Made by a program: the position numbers and the translations under genes | Assembly (NCBI GenBank): GCA_036507005.1 | Contig: DASXQT010000010.1 | Location: 285 to 64,284, forward strand | Length of the DNA: 64,000 nt | From: Candidatus Eiseniibacteriota bacterium | GTDB lineage: Bacteria > Eisenbacteria > RBG-16-71-46 | Reading direction: 5' to 3' | Shown: positions 28,302-37,272 of the stretch, piece after piece | How the letters are laid out: each line of letters begins with the position of its first letter | How positions within the stretch are numbered: the stretch's first letter is position 1 | Notes under the pieces: model-generated | The model's input: the letters and a program-made list of their open reading frames with translations, nothing else | Told to the model about the DNA's origin: nothing | Database searches by the model: none

Positions 28302-28784
28302 ATGATCGCTCCGCTCCCCTACGCGGACCTCGTGGGCTCTCGGGACACGCTGGCGCTCCTCGCCTCCACCCCGGGACGGATCGCCGGCCTGGTGCAGGGC
28401 TGGGACGCGCGGCGCTGGTCCCGCACCTACGCCCCCGGCAAGTGGACCGCGGCCCAGGTCGTGCTCCACCTGGCGCACGACGAGATCGGCTGGGGCAAGC
28501 GCGTGCGCCTGGCGCTCGCCGATGACCACTACGTGGTCCAGCCCTACGACGGCGCGCGTTGGGTGGACGCGGAGCCCGCGACCGATCCGCATGCGGCGCT
28601 CGAGGCGTTCCTCGCGCTCCGGCGCCTCAACCTGAAGCTCTTTGCAGGCATTCCGACGGAGCGGCGGGCGCGGCCGTTCCGGCACCCCGAGATGGGCGAG
28701 ATCTCGATCGACTGGATCCTCCAGACCCTGGCCGGCCACGACCTCCATCACCTCCGGCACCTGGAGGCGATCGCCGCCACGTGA
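28302..28784 (+). CDS. DinB-family protein
   Basis: WTAAQVVLHLAHDEIGWG ... LAGHDLHHLRHLEAI shows the DinB_2 histidine triad pattern. Confidence 0.8.
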   Translation: MIAPLPYADLVGSRDTLALLASTPGRIAGLVQGWDARRWSRTYAPGKWTAAQVVLHLAHDEIGWGKRVRLALADDHYVVQPYDGARWVDAEPATDPHAALEAFLALRRLNLKLFAGIPTERRARPFRHPEMGEISIDWILQTLAGHDLHHLRHLEAIAAT

Positions 28785-28798
28785 CCGGGCCCGCGGCG

Positions 28799-29269
28799 AT
28801 GGATCCACCCGGGATCGACCACCCCGCAAACGCCGCGCTGTGCCGCTGGCTCGCGGGCCGCGCGCGGCCGGGGACGCCCGCCATCGCCCGTCCCGATCGG
28901 TTCCCGCGGCCCTACGAATCGCTCGGCACGCACCCCGATCTAGTCGCGCGGCTGTGGGACGAGATCGCGGCGGTGCTCCCGGTCGACTGCCGCTTCGTGG
29001 TGTTCGGCGCGCCGGCCCTGGTTCGCCCCGACACGGGCATCGTGTTCGGCTTCGCGTGCGGCACCCACGCCTACGCGCTCCGCCTGCCCGAGAACGTGCG
29101 CCGGCAAGCCGTGCTCGCCGGCGCCGGGCGCGTCATGACCTACCCGCGCCAGCCGCCGCTCGATCTCGAGATCATCGGTCCCGAATGGGTGTTCTGTCGC
29201 TGGCTCGCGGGCGAAGAGCTGTGGTGCCGGGCGGCCTTCGAGTTCGCAACAGTCGCCGCGCCCGTGTAG
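28799..29269 (+). CDS. hypothetical protein
   Basis: ATG 28799 follows the DinB stop. An alternative GTG at 28781 overlaps that stop as GTGA. The sequence is cysteine-containing and has no recognised family. Confidence 0.5.
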   Translation: MDPPGIDHPANAALCRWLAGRARPGTPAIARPDRFPRPYESLGTHPDLVARLWDEIAAVLPVDCRFVVFGAPALVRPDTGIVFGFACGTHAYALRLPENVRRQAVLAGAGRVMTYPRQPPLDLEIIGPEWVFCRWLAGEELWCRAAFEFATVAAPV

Positions 29270-29315
29270 GATCGCCTCGCTCCCATCCAAGCCCCGCTCC
29301 TCGAGGAGAGACCCC

Positions 29316-30290
29316 GTGTCCCACCGGGCCGTCACTCTCGTCGTGCTGCTCGTTTCCCTCGCCGCGCCCGCCCTTGCCGCCGACCCGCCTCAGGTGGAAG
29401 AAGGCGTGCGCCTGTTCCAGCAGGGCCGCTACGACGAGGCGCGCGCGGCGCTCACGCCCGCCGCCACCGCCAAGCCCGCCAACCCGACCGCGGTCTTCTA
29501 CCTGGGGCGCGTGGCGCTCGTCACCTCGGACTACAAGGAGGCCGAGCGATGGTTCGAGACCGCAGTCGGCCTCGACGGCGGGAATTCCGCCTATCACATG
29601 TGGCTCGGCCGCGCCTACGGCTCGCGGGCGCAGCGAACGGGCAAGCTGAGCCAGATGTCGCTCGCGGGCAAGACCCGCACCGAGTTCGAGCGCGCGGCGG
29701 CGCTCGATCCTGAGAACCTCGACGCGCGCGATGGCCTGATCCAGTACTACCTCGCAGCCCCGGGCTTCATGGGCGGCAGCGTCGAGAAGGCGCGGGCGCA
29801 GGCGGAGGAGATCCGGAAGCGCGATCGCCTGCGCGGCGCGCTCGCGTTCGCCGCGATCGCCCAGGATCAGCACGACCCGGCGGGCGCGGAGCGCGAGTAC
29901 CGCTCGGCCGCAGCGGCCTTCCCCGAGAGCCTGAGCGTGCGCTACGCGCTCGGCCTGTTCTTCGCGCGCGGCGAGAGGTACGACGAGGCGTTCGCGGTCT
30001 TCGACAGCATCCTCGCCGCCCGGCCTGGGGAGGCGAACGCGCTCTACCAGATCGGGCGCACCGGAGCGCTCTCCGGCCGGCGCCTCGAGCGCGCGGAGCA
30101 GGCGCTGAAGGACTACATCGCGGCGCCGCCGCGCGAGAACGCGCCGCGCCCGGCGGCCGCGCACTGGCGGCTCGGCATGGTCTACGAGAAAGAGGGGCGC
30201 AAGGATCTCGCGCGCGAGGAGTACGGCAAGGCGCTGGCGCTCGAGCCGGAGTTCGCCGAGGCGAAGAAGTCGATGGCCAAGCTGAAGTAG
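29316..30290 (+). CDS. secreted tetratricopeptide-repeat protein
   Basis: Signal peptide MSHRAVTLVVLLVSLAAPALAADP. There are multiple TPR-like units (AVFYLGRVAL..YKEAERWFETAV; AYHMWLGRAYG; ALYQIGRTGA..). Confidence 0.8.
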   Translation: MSHRAVTLVVLLVSLAAPALAADPPQVEEGVRLFQQGRYDEARAALTPAATAKPANPTAVFYLGRVALVTSDYKEAERWFETAVGLDGGNSAYHMWLGRAYGSRAQRTGKLSQMSLAGKTRTEFERAAALDPENLDARDGLIQYYLAAPGFMGGSVEKARAQAEEIRKRDRLRGALAFAAIAQDQHDPAGAEREYRSAAAAFPESLSVRYALGLFFARGERYDEAFAVFDSILAARPGEANALYQIGRTGALSGRRLERAEQALKDYIAAPPRENAPRPAAAHWRLGMVYEKEGRKDLAREEYGKALALEPEFAEAKKSMAKLK

Positions 30291-30293
30291 CGG

Positions 30294-31427
30294 TTACAGG
30301 CCGTCGTACTTCGAGTAGCCGCGCTCGTTCCAGTAGTCGGGCGGCTCGCCCGCAGTGTAGGCGATGCCGGTCACGGCCTTGATGTTCTTGAGCCCAAGCT
30401 TCATGGGCACGAGCAGCCGGAGCGGCGCGCCGTGCGCGAGGGTGAGAGGCCGGCCTCCCTGGTGCGTGGCGAGCAGGGTCTGGGGGTGGCGGGCGGTCTC
30501 GAGGTCGATCGAGACGTAGTAGGGGTGGGGTCGTCCGCGGCCGTCCAGGTTGACCGCCGAGCGCATCGCGGCCCAGCGCGCGCCGGGCGCGGGCGGATAC
30601 GCGGCGAGGAAGTCCGCGAACCGGATGCCGCCCCACCAGGCGACCGCGCTCCAGCCCTCGACGCATACCAGCCGCGTGACCTGCCCGTGGAGCGTGAAGC
30701 GGCCGAGCAGCTCGCCAATGGTGAGGCGCTCGGCGCGGCCGGAGGCGAGCCCGGTCAGCTCGAGCGTCCAGGTGGGCAGGTACTCGGGCCCGGGGGTCTG
30801 CCCGTCGTAGTTGTTGGGCAGCGCGGTCACCTCGGAGCGGGAGTAGGTGCGCACGCGTCGGCCCTTCGAGTAGAGCGCCTCGGCCACGTCGTCGTCGAAG
30901 GTGAGCGCGCGGTCGAGGGCGCTCTCGCGGCGCGCGCGCGAGAGACCCACGCGCGAGGCCATCGAGTCGAGCGCGTCGAACGCCTTGCCCGGCGCGAGCC
31001 GCATGCGTGCGCGGTCGGGGAGCAGCCACCAGGCGCCCGCGGCGGTGGCGAGGACGCCGGCCCCGAGCAGCAGGAAATCGCGCCGCGATTGCGCGGCGAG
31101 CCGCCGCCGCGGCACCTCGATCACGGTCTCGGGGCGCTCGCGCACGGCCTCGAGCCACGGGCTCGGCGCCTGGCGCGGCGCGGGAGCGGGCTCAGGAGCC
31201 GGTGCCGGCGCGGGCTCGGCCGCCGGCGCTGGCGGCGGCCCGGGCTCTGCGGGCGCCGGCTCGGCGGGGGCGGGCGATGCGGGCGTTGTTGCGGCCGCCT
31301 CCGCCGGCGCCGCGGCGTCCGCCTTCATCGGGGCCGGCGCCGGCGCGGCCGGCCGCGCCTGAGCGGGCTCGCCCGCCGCGGGCTCGCCCGGTGCAGGCGG
31401 GGGAGCCTGGTCCTCACGCTCGCTCAC
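30294..31427 (-). CDS. molybdopterin-dependent oxidoreductase, sulfite-oxidase/MsrP(YedY)-like, TAT-secreted
   Basis: The twin-arginine motif SRRDFLLLGAGVLATAAG is followed by the SO-family Moco domain (VCVEGWSAVAWWGGIRFADFL...LLVPMKLGLKNIKAVTGIAYTAGEPPDYWNERGY). A ~95-aa Pro/Ala-rich segment precedes the TAT motif. An alternative GTG start at 31145 (VRERPETVIEVPRRRLAAQSRRDFLL) would give a normal TAT signal. Confidence 0.75.
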   Translation of the reverse strand: MSEREDQAPPPAPGEPAAGEPAQARPAAPAPAPMKADAAAPAEAAATTPASPAPAEPAPAEPGPPPAPAAEPAPAPAPEPAPAPRQAPSPWLEAVRERPETVIEVPRRRLAAQSRRDFLLLGAGVLATAAGAWWLLPDRARMRLAPGKAFDALDSMASRVGLSRARRESALDRALTFDDDVAEALYSKGRRVRTYSRSEVTALPNNYDGQTPGPEYLPTWTLELTGLASGRAERLTIGELLGRFTLHGQVTRLVCVEGWSAVAWWGGIRFADFLAAYPPAPGARWAAMRSAVNLDGRGRPHPYYVSIDLETARHPQTLLATHQGGRPLTLAHGAPLRLLVPMKLGLKNIKAVTGIAYTAGEPPDYWNERGYSKYDGL

Positions 31428-32208
31428 GCGATTCCCCCTTCACCCGGACCGACCAGCCGGTCACCATCGAGCGCAGCGTGTCCCAGCCGTCGGCGATCGC
31501 CAGCACTACGTGCGGGACGATGAACCCCCCGAGCCCGACCATGCACGCGAAGTGGACGATGCGCGCGCCGTCGTAGCTCACGAACATGCGTTCCAGCCAG
31601 CCGAGCTGTACCGGCTTGTGCATGGCCCATCCCGAGAGCACGACCAGCGTGCCGAAGAGCGGCATCGAGAAGTAGGCGGCGCGCTGCAGCGCGTTGTACT
31701 TGCCGCACACCGGAGGGTGCGGCCAGGGCCGCCGCAGGATCGCCATCGGGATCACGCCCAGGTAGTAGCGCATCATGCGGAGCGCGTCCCCGATGTCCGC
31801 GCCGCGCGGCAGCAGGGCGCGCCATCCGCCTCCCGCGATCAGGCCCACCGCGTAGAGCGCGCCGTTCAGCATGAACAGGTAGGCGAGCGCCCAGTGGAGG
31901 CGGAGCCCGGCCGCGAGGTGCCGGGGCCCAAGCCCCAGGTGCTCGTAGACCCACATCCGCGGGTCGCCGCCCCGGTCGTGGAGCAGGGCCGCGATCGCGA
32001 CCCCGAGGTCGCGCAGGTAATCGCGGCTCTGGGTCACGGGGTCCGGCGGATGATGGAACACCGGCGCCGCCCAGTAGATCGAGAGCCCGCTCGCGATCAG
32101 CCCGAGGAGAAGCGGCACGTTGAGCCAGTGGGAGAGGCGCACCAGCCCGTGGTGCTTGCGCACCACGCGCACCGGCGTGTCGCTGCCCGCCTGCCCGCCC
32201 TTCGTCAC
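31414..32208 (-). CDS. cytochrome b / b561-type di-heme membrane subunit (PhsC/MsrQ/HydC-like)
   Basis: Four to five TM helices with conserved His (HWLNVPLLLGLIASGLSIYW..., HLAAGLRLHWALAYLFMLNG..). It overlaps the downstream molybdoenzyme gene by 14 nt, or is separated from it if the GTG start is used. Confidence 0.7.
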   Translation of the reverse strand: MTKGGQAGSDTPVRVVRKHHGLVRLSHWLNVPLLLGLIASGLSIYWAAPVFHHPPDPVTQSRDYLRDLGVAIAALLHDRGGDPRMWVYEHLGLGPRHLAAGLRLHWALAYLFMLNGALYAVGLIAGGGWRALLPRGADIGDALRMMRYYLGVIPMAILRRPWPHPPVCGKYNALQRAAYFSMPLFGTLVVLSGWAMHKPVQLGWLERMFVSYDGARIVHFACMVGLGGFIVPHVVLAIADGWDTLRSMVTGWSVRVKGESRERA

Positions 32209-32290
32209 GGCTCGTTCCTCCAGATCACGTCGGCCAGCCGCCGCGCAACAAGGCTACGGACAACGAGGTCATGGGTGACACCGCCGATCT

Positions 32291-32674
32291 TCAGCCGATG
32301 CGGCCTCCCAGCATGCCGAGCATGACGAAGTGCGCGACCACGGCCGCGAACGCGGTGCCGATCGCAAGCAAGGCCCACTGCCACTGCACCCACGCCGCGC
32401 GCGTCCCCGAGAGCTGGACGAAGATGTCGACCGCGTAGGCCGCGCAGAAGACGACATTGGCGAGCACCGCGAGGCCGAACAGGAAGAGCACCGGGTCCCG
32501 CCCCAGCAGCTCCTTCGAATCCGGCCACGACGCAGCGAAATGAGCCAGCACCACCCCGAGCAGCACCAGGTTGTACAGCGGCCGGCGCCGTTCCCAGTAG
32601 CGGATCGCATCGGACGCCAGGTCCGCGAAACGCGGGCGCTCGCCGGGGGCGGGCGCCTTCAGCTCGTCGGGCAC
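32291..32674 (-). CDS. small integral membrane protein (hypothetical)
   Basis: 127 aa with four predicted hydrophobic helices (LVLLGVVLAHFAASW; VLFLFGLAVLANVVFCAAYAV; WALLAIGTAFAAVVAHFVMLGML). Confidence 0.4.
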   Translation of the reverse strand: MPDELKAPAPGERPRFADLASDAIRYWERRRPLYNLVLLGVVLAHFAASWPDSKELLGRDPVLFLFGLAVLANVVFCAAYAVDIFVQLSGTRAAWVQWQWALLAIGTAFAAVVAHFVMLGMLGGRIG

Positions 32675-32692
32675 GCGGGGGCCACGGGCGGC

Positions 32693-32848
32693 TCAGAAGC
32701 TGATGCCCAGCCAGGAGACGAAGACCAGGCAGAACATCAGCAACTGGAGGCCGAGCAGAAAGCGGGAGAGGACGGACAGCCGCTTGAACTCCAGCGCGAG
32801 GACGACCAGCGAAAGCAGCATGCAAAGGCCGGTGAACACCAGGATCAA
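32693..32848 (-). CDS. very small 2-TM membrane protein (hypothetical; start uncertain)
   Basis: Hydrophobic C-terminal 51 aa (ILVFTGLCMLLSLVVLALEFKRLSVLSRFLLGLQLLMFCLVFVSWLGISF). A possible TTG start lies 6 nt after GGAGG. The longer ORF to 33025 has no support. Confidence 0.25.
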   Translation of the reverse strand: MILVFTGLCMLLSLVVLALEFKRLSVLSRFLLGLQLLMFCLVFVSWLGISF

Positions 32849-33043
32849 GGTCCACCTCCGGTAGTCGGCGGCGCGATCGCGAGCCCGCGGGCGACCGGCG
32901 GCCGGTCGCGCGGGCGCCCAGTTTAGACTCGACCGCGCGGGCGATTCCAGCCCGTGGAGCCTGCGCGCCCGCTGCCGCCGCTGCGGCGGGAACTCTACCG
33001 ACCTCCCATTCGCCCCGGGGCGCAACGTCCCCGCGTGACGTGC

Positions 33044-34090
33044 TTACAGGCCGGCGTCTGCCACGGGCTGGACCGGATCGTGTCTTCCCCGCCCCACGTC
33101 GCGAATGGAACGGCCGGCGCAGTCGAGCCCGGTCTTGATGTTCTCCACCGACTCCATGATGTAGAAGGCTTCCGGCGCGGCGAATCCACTGCCGTTTCGG
33201 AATGCGGAGTCCACGTCGTCGATGATTGCGGAGAGCACGGGGCAGGCGGACCTGTCGTTGCCGGGATTGTCGTCCTTCACGATGTCTTCGGCCCGCTGCA
33301 GGCGGCCGAGCAGGGTGGCCTTCATGCCCGCCGGAAGAACCTGCCCCTCGATCATTCCCTCGATCATCCCCTCGAGGTGACCGATCGCGGCCGGGACGGT
33401 CGTGATGACCTCGATGACGACGCCGGCCGGGGTCGAGGAGCCGCCGAACCCCGAGCCCAGAAACCCGGTCCCGGTGTACGTCGGATCCGCCTCCAGCTTC
33501 ACCCGGAGTCCGAGCCCCGCTCCCCGCAGCCCGGAGACGAGGTCCGATACGTCGAAGGTGAACGTCCGCACGTCTTCGTTGGCGTCCGTCTCGAACGTCC
33601 CGAGCGGAGACGTGGGCCGGTCGATCTCGCTCGTGCTCACGGCGAAGTCGACGTCGGTGTAGGCGGACAGCTCATGGCGATCGGGCGGAAGGGAGTACGC
33701 GGTCCAGGCTCGCGATTCCCGGAGAACGACCCGGGCGCCGAAGAAACCTTCCGAGAACTCGGGGATCGCGAACTCGGCGAAACCCCGCCGGAATTGGCGG
33801 TTGGCTCCCGTCGTCCTGAAGTAGTCCGAAATCATGTCGCCGCGGATGCCGCCGCCGTCGAGAACGCCCATCTCCGGCATGCGCCGGATGGAGGCCATGG
33901 CTTTCGGAAGCAGGATCGTGACGGCGCGGCCGGGCCTGCCGATTCCATCCGTGGCGGAAGGGCCGACCGCCGCGGTCTTGCCGGCCACCGCGGAGGACGA
34001 CGAAGTCGGCAGATCGCGGGAACAGCCGGCCAGGAACAGCGCGAGACTCGTGACGACGGCGGCCGCTCGGCAGACTCGCGGAAGCACCAT
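33044..34090 (-). CDS. lipoprotein, hypothetical
   Basis: Lipobox SLALFLAGCS after MVLPRVCRAAAVVT. There is no recognisable domain. An EGMIEGMIEG micro-repeat is present. Confidence 0.65.
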   Translation of the reverse strand: MVLPRVCRAAAVVTSLALFLAGCSRDLPTSSSSAVAGKTAAVGPSATDGIGRPGRAVTILLPKAMASIRRMPEMGVLDGGGIRGDMISDYFRTTGANRQFRRGFAEFAIPEFSEGFFGARVVLRESRAWTAYSLPPDRHELSAYTDVDFAVSTSEIDRPTSPLGTFETDANEDVRTFTFDVSDLVSGLRGAGLGLRVKLEADPTYTGTGFLGSGFGGSSTPAGVVIEVITTVPAAIGHLEGMIEGMIEGQVLPAGMKATLLGRLQRAEDIVKDDNPGNDRSACPVLSAIIDDVDSAFRNGSGFAAPEAFYIMESVENIKTGLDCAGRSIRDVGRGRHDPVQPVADAGL

Positions 34091-34348
34091 GGAGGTCTCC
34101 CTTCCCCGCGGTTTGCTTGTGCGCGGCGGGAACGCTACACCCGGCCGCGCTCCCGTGACAGCGCGAAGATCAGCGCCAAATCCGGGCTAATCGCGGGCGG
34201 CGCCTCGCGCGTCGTGGGCGATGAGGCCGCCCGGGGGAACTCGCGCGCGACAAGGATTTCACAGACGCCGGACCACCCCCTGAGGTATCCTCCCGCCCCG
34301 CCGCAGATATGCACCACCAGCAAACCTTCGTTCCGAGGGGGATCCCAC

Positions 34349-35776
34349 ATGACGGCTGTGAGCTTCAAGACCAGTTCCGGCGCCGCGACCCCACTCTCCT
34401 CTGAAGCGCTCGACCTGGTGCGCGGCCGGCTGCGCGGGGCGCTGTGCCTGCCCGGCGAGCCCGGCTACGAGCAGGCGCGCACCATCTGGAACGCCATGAT
34501 CGACCGGCATCCGGCGGCGATCGTGCGCGCCGCGGGCGCCGCGGACGTGATCGCGGGGGTCGACTTCGCGCGCCAGCACGGGCTCCTGCTCGCGGTGCGC
34601 GGCGGCGGCCACAACATCGCGGGCAACGCGGTGTGCGAGGGTGGCCTGATGATCGACCTCACGCCCATGAAGTCGGTGCGCGTGGACCCCGCGGCGCGCA
34701 CCGCGCGCGTCGAGCCCGGCGTCACTCTGGGCGAGCTCGACCGCGAGACCCAGGCCTTCGGGCTCGCCACGCCGGTCGGCGTCAACTCCACCACCGGCAT
34801 CGCCGGCCTCACGCTCGGCGGCGGCTTCGGCTGGACCAGCCGCAAGTACGGGCTCGCGATCGACAACCTGCTCGCGGCCGACGTGGTGACCGCAGCCGGC
34901 GAGCTGCTGCACGCGAGCGAGAAGGAGAACCCCGACCTGTTCTGGGCGATCCGCGGCGGCGGCGGCAACTTCGGGATCGTGACCTCGTTCGAGTTCCGCC
35001 TGCACCCGATGGGCCCCGAGGTGCTCTCGGGGCTCGTCGTCCACCCGATCGCGAAGGCCCAGGAGCTGCTCCGCGCCTACCGCAAGCTCGCGGCGGACGC
35101 GCCCGACGAGCTCGCGATCTGGTTCGTGCTCCGCAAGGCGCCCCCGCTCCCGTTCCTCGCGCCCGAGTGGCACGGCAAGGAGATCGTGGCCTTCGCCGCG
35201 TGCTACAACGGCAACCTGGAGGCGGGCCAGAAGGCGCTCCAGCCGCTGCGCTCGCTGGGCAAGCCGGTCGCCGACGTGATCGCGCCGCATCCGTTCACCG
35301 CCTGGCAGACCGTGCTCGACCCGCTCCTCACGCCCGGCATGCGGAACTACTGGAAGTCGCACAGCTTCACGGCCGTGAGCGACGGTGCGATCGACGTGCT
35401 GATCGACTCCGCGATGAAGCTGCCGTCGCCCGATTGCGAGATCGCGTTCGCCCAGCTCGGGGGCGCGATCAACCGCGTGCCCGCGGGCGCGACCGCGTAT
35501 CCCCACCGCGACCTCCAGTTCGCGCTCAACGTCCACACGCGCTGGGGCGACCGTTCCCAGGACAAGGAGTGCGTCGCCTGGGCGCGCCAGCTCTTCGACC
35601 GCATGGCCCCGCACGCCACCGGCGGCGTCTACGTGAACTTCATGCCCGAGGACGAGACCCAGCGGGTGCGCGCGGGAGCGTACGGGCCGAACTACGATCG
35701 GCTGGCGAAGATCAAGGCGAAGTACGACAAGAACAACCTGTTCCGTCAGAACCAGAACATCCAGCCCGCGGCCTGA
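34349..35776 (+). CDS. FAD-binding oxidoreductase (BBE/vanillyl-alcohol-oxidase-like, FAD_binding_4 + BBE)
   Basis: ATG 34349 lies after GAGGGGGA. AVRGGGHNIAGNAV.. and GGGFGWTSRKYGLAIDNLL..AIRGGGGNFGIVTSFEFRLHP form the PCMH-type FAD domain. The C-terminal NYDRLAKIKAKYDKNNLFRQNQNI is the BBE tail. Confidence 0.85.
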   Translation: MTAVSFKTSSGAATPLSSEALDLVRGRLRGALCLPGEPGYEQARTIWNAMIDRHPAAIVRAAGAADVIAGVDFARQHGLLLAVRGGGHNIAGNAVCEGGLMIDLTPMKSVRVDPAARTARVEPGVTLGELDRETQAFGLATPVGVNSTTGIAGLTLGGGFGWTSRKYGLAIDNLLAADVVTAAGELLHASEKENPDLFWAIRGGGGNFGIVTSFEFRLHPMGPEVLSGLVVHPIAKAQELLRAYRKLAADAPDELAIWFVLRKAPPLPFLAPEWHGKEIVAFAACYNGNLEAGQKALQPLRSLGKPVADVIAPHPFTAWQTVLDPLLTPGMRNYWKSHSFTAVSDGAIDVLIDSAMKLPSPDCEIAFAQLGGAINRVPAGATAYPHRDLQFALNVHTRWGDRSQDKECVAWARQLFDRMAPHATGGVYVNFMPEDETQRVRAGAYGPNYDRLAKIKAKYDKNNLFRQNQNIQPAA

Positions 35777-35834
35777 GGCCGCGGCGCTGCGGCGACGTGG
35801 CCGCGACCCTCAACGCCTCGAAAGGAGATAATCC

Positions 35835-36119
35835 ATGTACGTGATTCGCGAGACGTTCACCGCCAAGCCCGGGATGGCCTCGAAGCTGGCGGCCAAGTTC
35901 AAGGAGGTCATGGCGGGGGAGAAGAACGCGAAGGTGCGGATCCTGACCGACGCGGTCGGGACGTTCAACACCGTCGTGATGGAGACCGAGGTCCGGGAGC
36001 TCGGCGAGTACGAGCAGCGCATGAAGGAGTACTCCGAGCGCAAGGACATGGGCGAGCGCATGAAGGGCTACACCGAGATGTACCAGTCGGGGAAGCGCGA
36101 GATCTACAAGGTGATCTGA
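35835..36119 (+). CDS. small hypothetical protein (possible ferredoxin-like/ABM-type fold)
   Basis: A strong SD AAAGGAGATAATCC precedes the ATG. The 94-aa ORF has locally lower GC than its surroundings. Hairpins GCCCGC-ttcc-GCGGGC and GGGGTCGCGCC-tcgg-GGCGCGGCCCC follow the stop. Confidence 0.6.
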   Translation: MYVIRETFTAKPGMASKLAAKFKEVMAGEKNAKVRILTDAVGTFNTVVMETEVRELGEYEQRMKEYSERKDMGERMKGYTEMYQSGKREIYKVI

Positions 36120-36218
36120 GCCCGCTTCCGCGGGCGACGGGCCACGGTGGGGTCGCGCCTCGGGGCGCGGCCCCGCCTTCTCGCTTCCGGGCCGGCCGCG
36201 CGGCGCCCGCCGCGGCGG

Positions 36219-37238
36219 TCAGGGCGCGCTGACCGGGAACGGATCGGCGATGACCAGCAGGCGGCCGCGCGCGGGGTCGGCCACGTAGACCTTGCCCCGC
36301 GCCGCGACGCAATGCGAGGCCGCAGCGCCCGGGTAGGTCCCGAGCAGCGTGAGGGCGCCGCGCGGCGAAACGCCCACGATCGCGAGCTTCGCGGTCCGGG
36401 CGCTCGGCACGTAGAGGTGCCTGCGCTCCGGGTCGTAGGCGATGATGTCGATGCCGCCGCCCGCGGGCAGCGCGCCCAGAGTCTTTCCGGTCCTCACGTC
36501 GAGCGCCGCCACCTTGCCCTCGGCGCATGCCACGAACAGGAACCCGCACTCCACGTCCAGGGCGATCCCGGTCGCCCCCGCACAGCCGTTGGGCCAGCTC
36601 GCGAGCACGCGGTGGGTGCGCGTGTCGAACGCCACGGTCCACGACGCGAGGTGGGTGTAGGCCCGCCGGCGCCTCGGGTCGAACACCAGCGACTCGGGCC
36701 CGCCCGCGGTCGGGATGGTCGAGACCGCCGTGAGCTGTGGCGGCGGGCCGGCCTCCAACCGGAAGATCTCGATGCGCTGCGAGTCCGGCTCCGTCACCCA
36801 CAGCTCGCGGCCGGCCTCGAGCCAGCGCACGTAGTCGGGGCTCGCGCCGAGCGCGGTCTCGCCGACGATCGAGCGCGTCGCGGGATCCACCACGAAGAGC
36901 CGGAGCGCGGTGCGGTCGGTGACGAAGAGCAGGCCCGCCCCTTCCGTCACCGACGTGATGCCGACGTCGTGGCGTCCGGAGAATCCCTCGCGGGCGCTGA
37001 AGCCGGGGATCTCCACGACCTTGCCGGTGGCCGGATCCACCAGGTCGAGGCGCCCGGTGCGACCCGCGGGCACGAGCACGCATCCCAGCGCGGGCGAGTA
37101 CCCGAGGTCGTCGAGGCCGACGCCACCTTCGCCGCCGGGCAGGGCGATGGTGGAGGGCGCGCGGCGCGCCGCGAAGGTCGGGCCGGCGGCGAGCAGCGCG
37201 AGGGCGAGCGTCGCGAGACCGCGGCGGAATCCGATCAT
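36219..37238 (-). CDS. secreted YVTN/YncE-like beta-propeller repeat protein
   Basis: Signal peptide MIGFRRGLATLALALLAAGPTFAA. Repeated G..LYV(A/P)..(D/S)..V.V(I/V)D motifs (LFVTDRTALRLFVVDPATR; LYVPSARTAKLAIVGV; VYVADPARGRLLVIAD) indicate a beta-propeller. Confidence 0.7.
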   Translation of the reverse strand: MIGFRRGLATLALALLAAGPTFAARRAPSTIALPGGEGGVGLDDLGYSPALGCVLVPAGRTGRLDLVDPATGKVVEIPGFSAREGFSGRHDVGITSVTEGAGLLFVTDRTALRLFVVDPATRSIVGETALGASPDYVRWLEAGRELWVTEPDSQRIEIFRLEAGPPPQLTAVSTIPTAGGPESLVFDPRRRRAYTHLASWTVAFDTRTHRVLASWPNGCAGATGIALDVECGFLFVACAEGKVAALDVRTGKTLGALPAGGGIDIIAYDPERRHLYVPSARTAKLAIVGVSPRGALTLLGTYPGAAASHCVAARGKVYVADPARGRLLVIADPFPVSAP

Positions 37239-37272
37239 GGAGCGAACGCTACACCTGGAGAGGACACCGGTT

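Noticed and set aside
32954-34348. N-terminal 465 codons of the 940-aa ORF preceding the FAD oxidase
   Set aside because: It is antisense to the well-supported lipoprotein gene at 33044..34090. The genuine FAD-oxidase homology, SD and ATG all begin at 34349.
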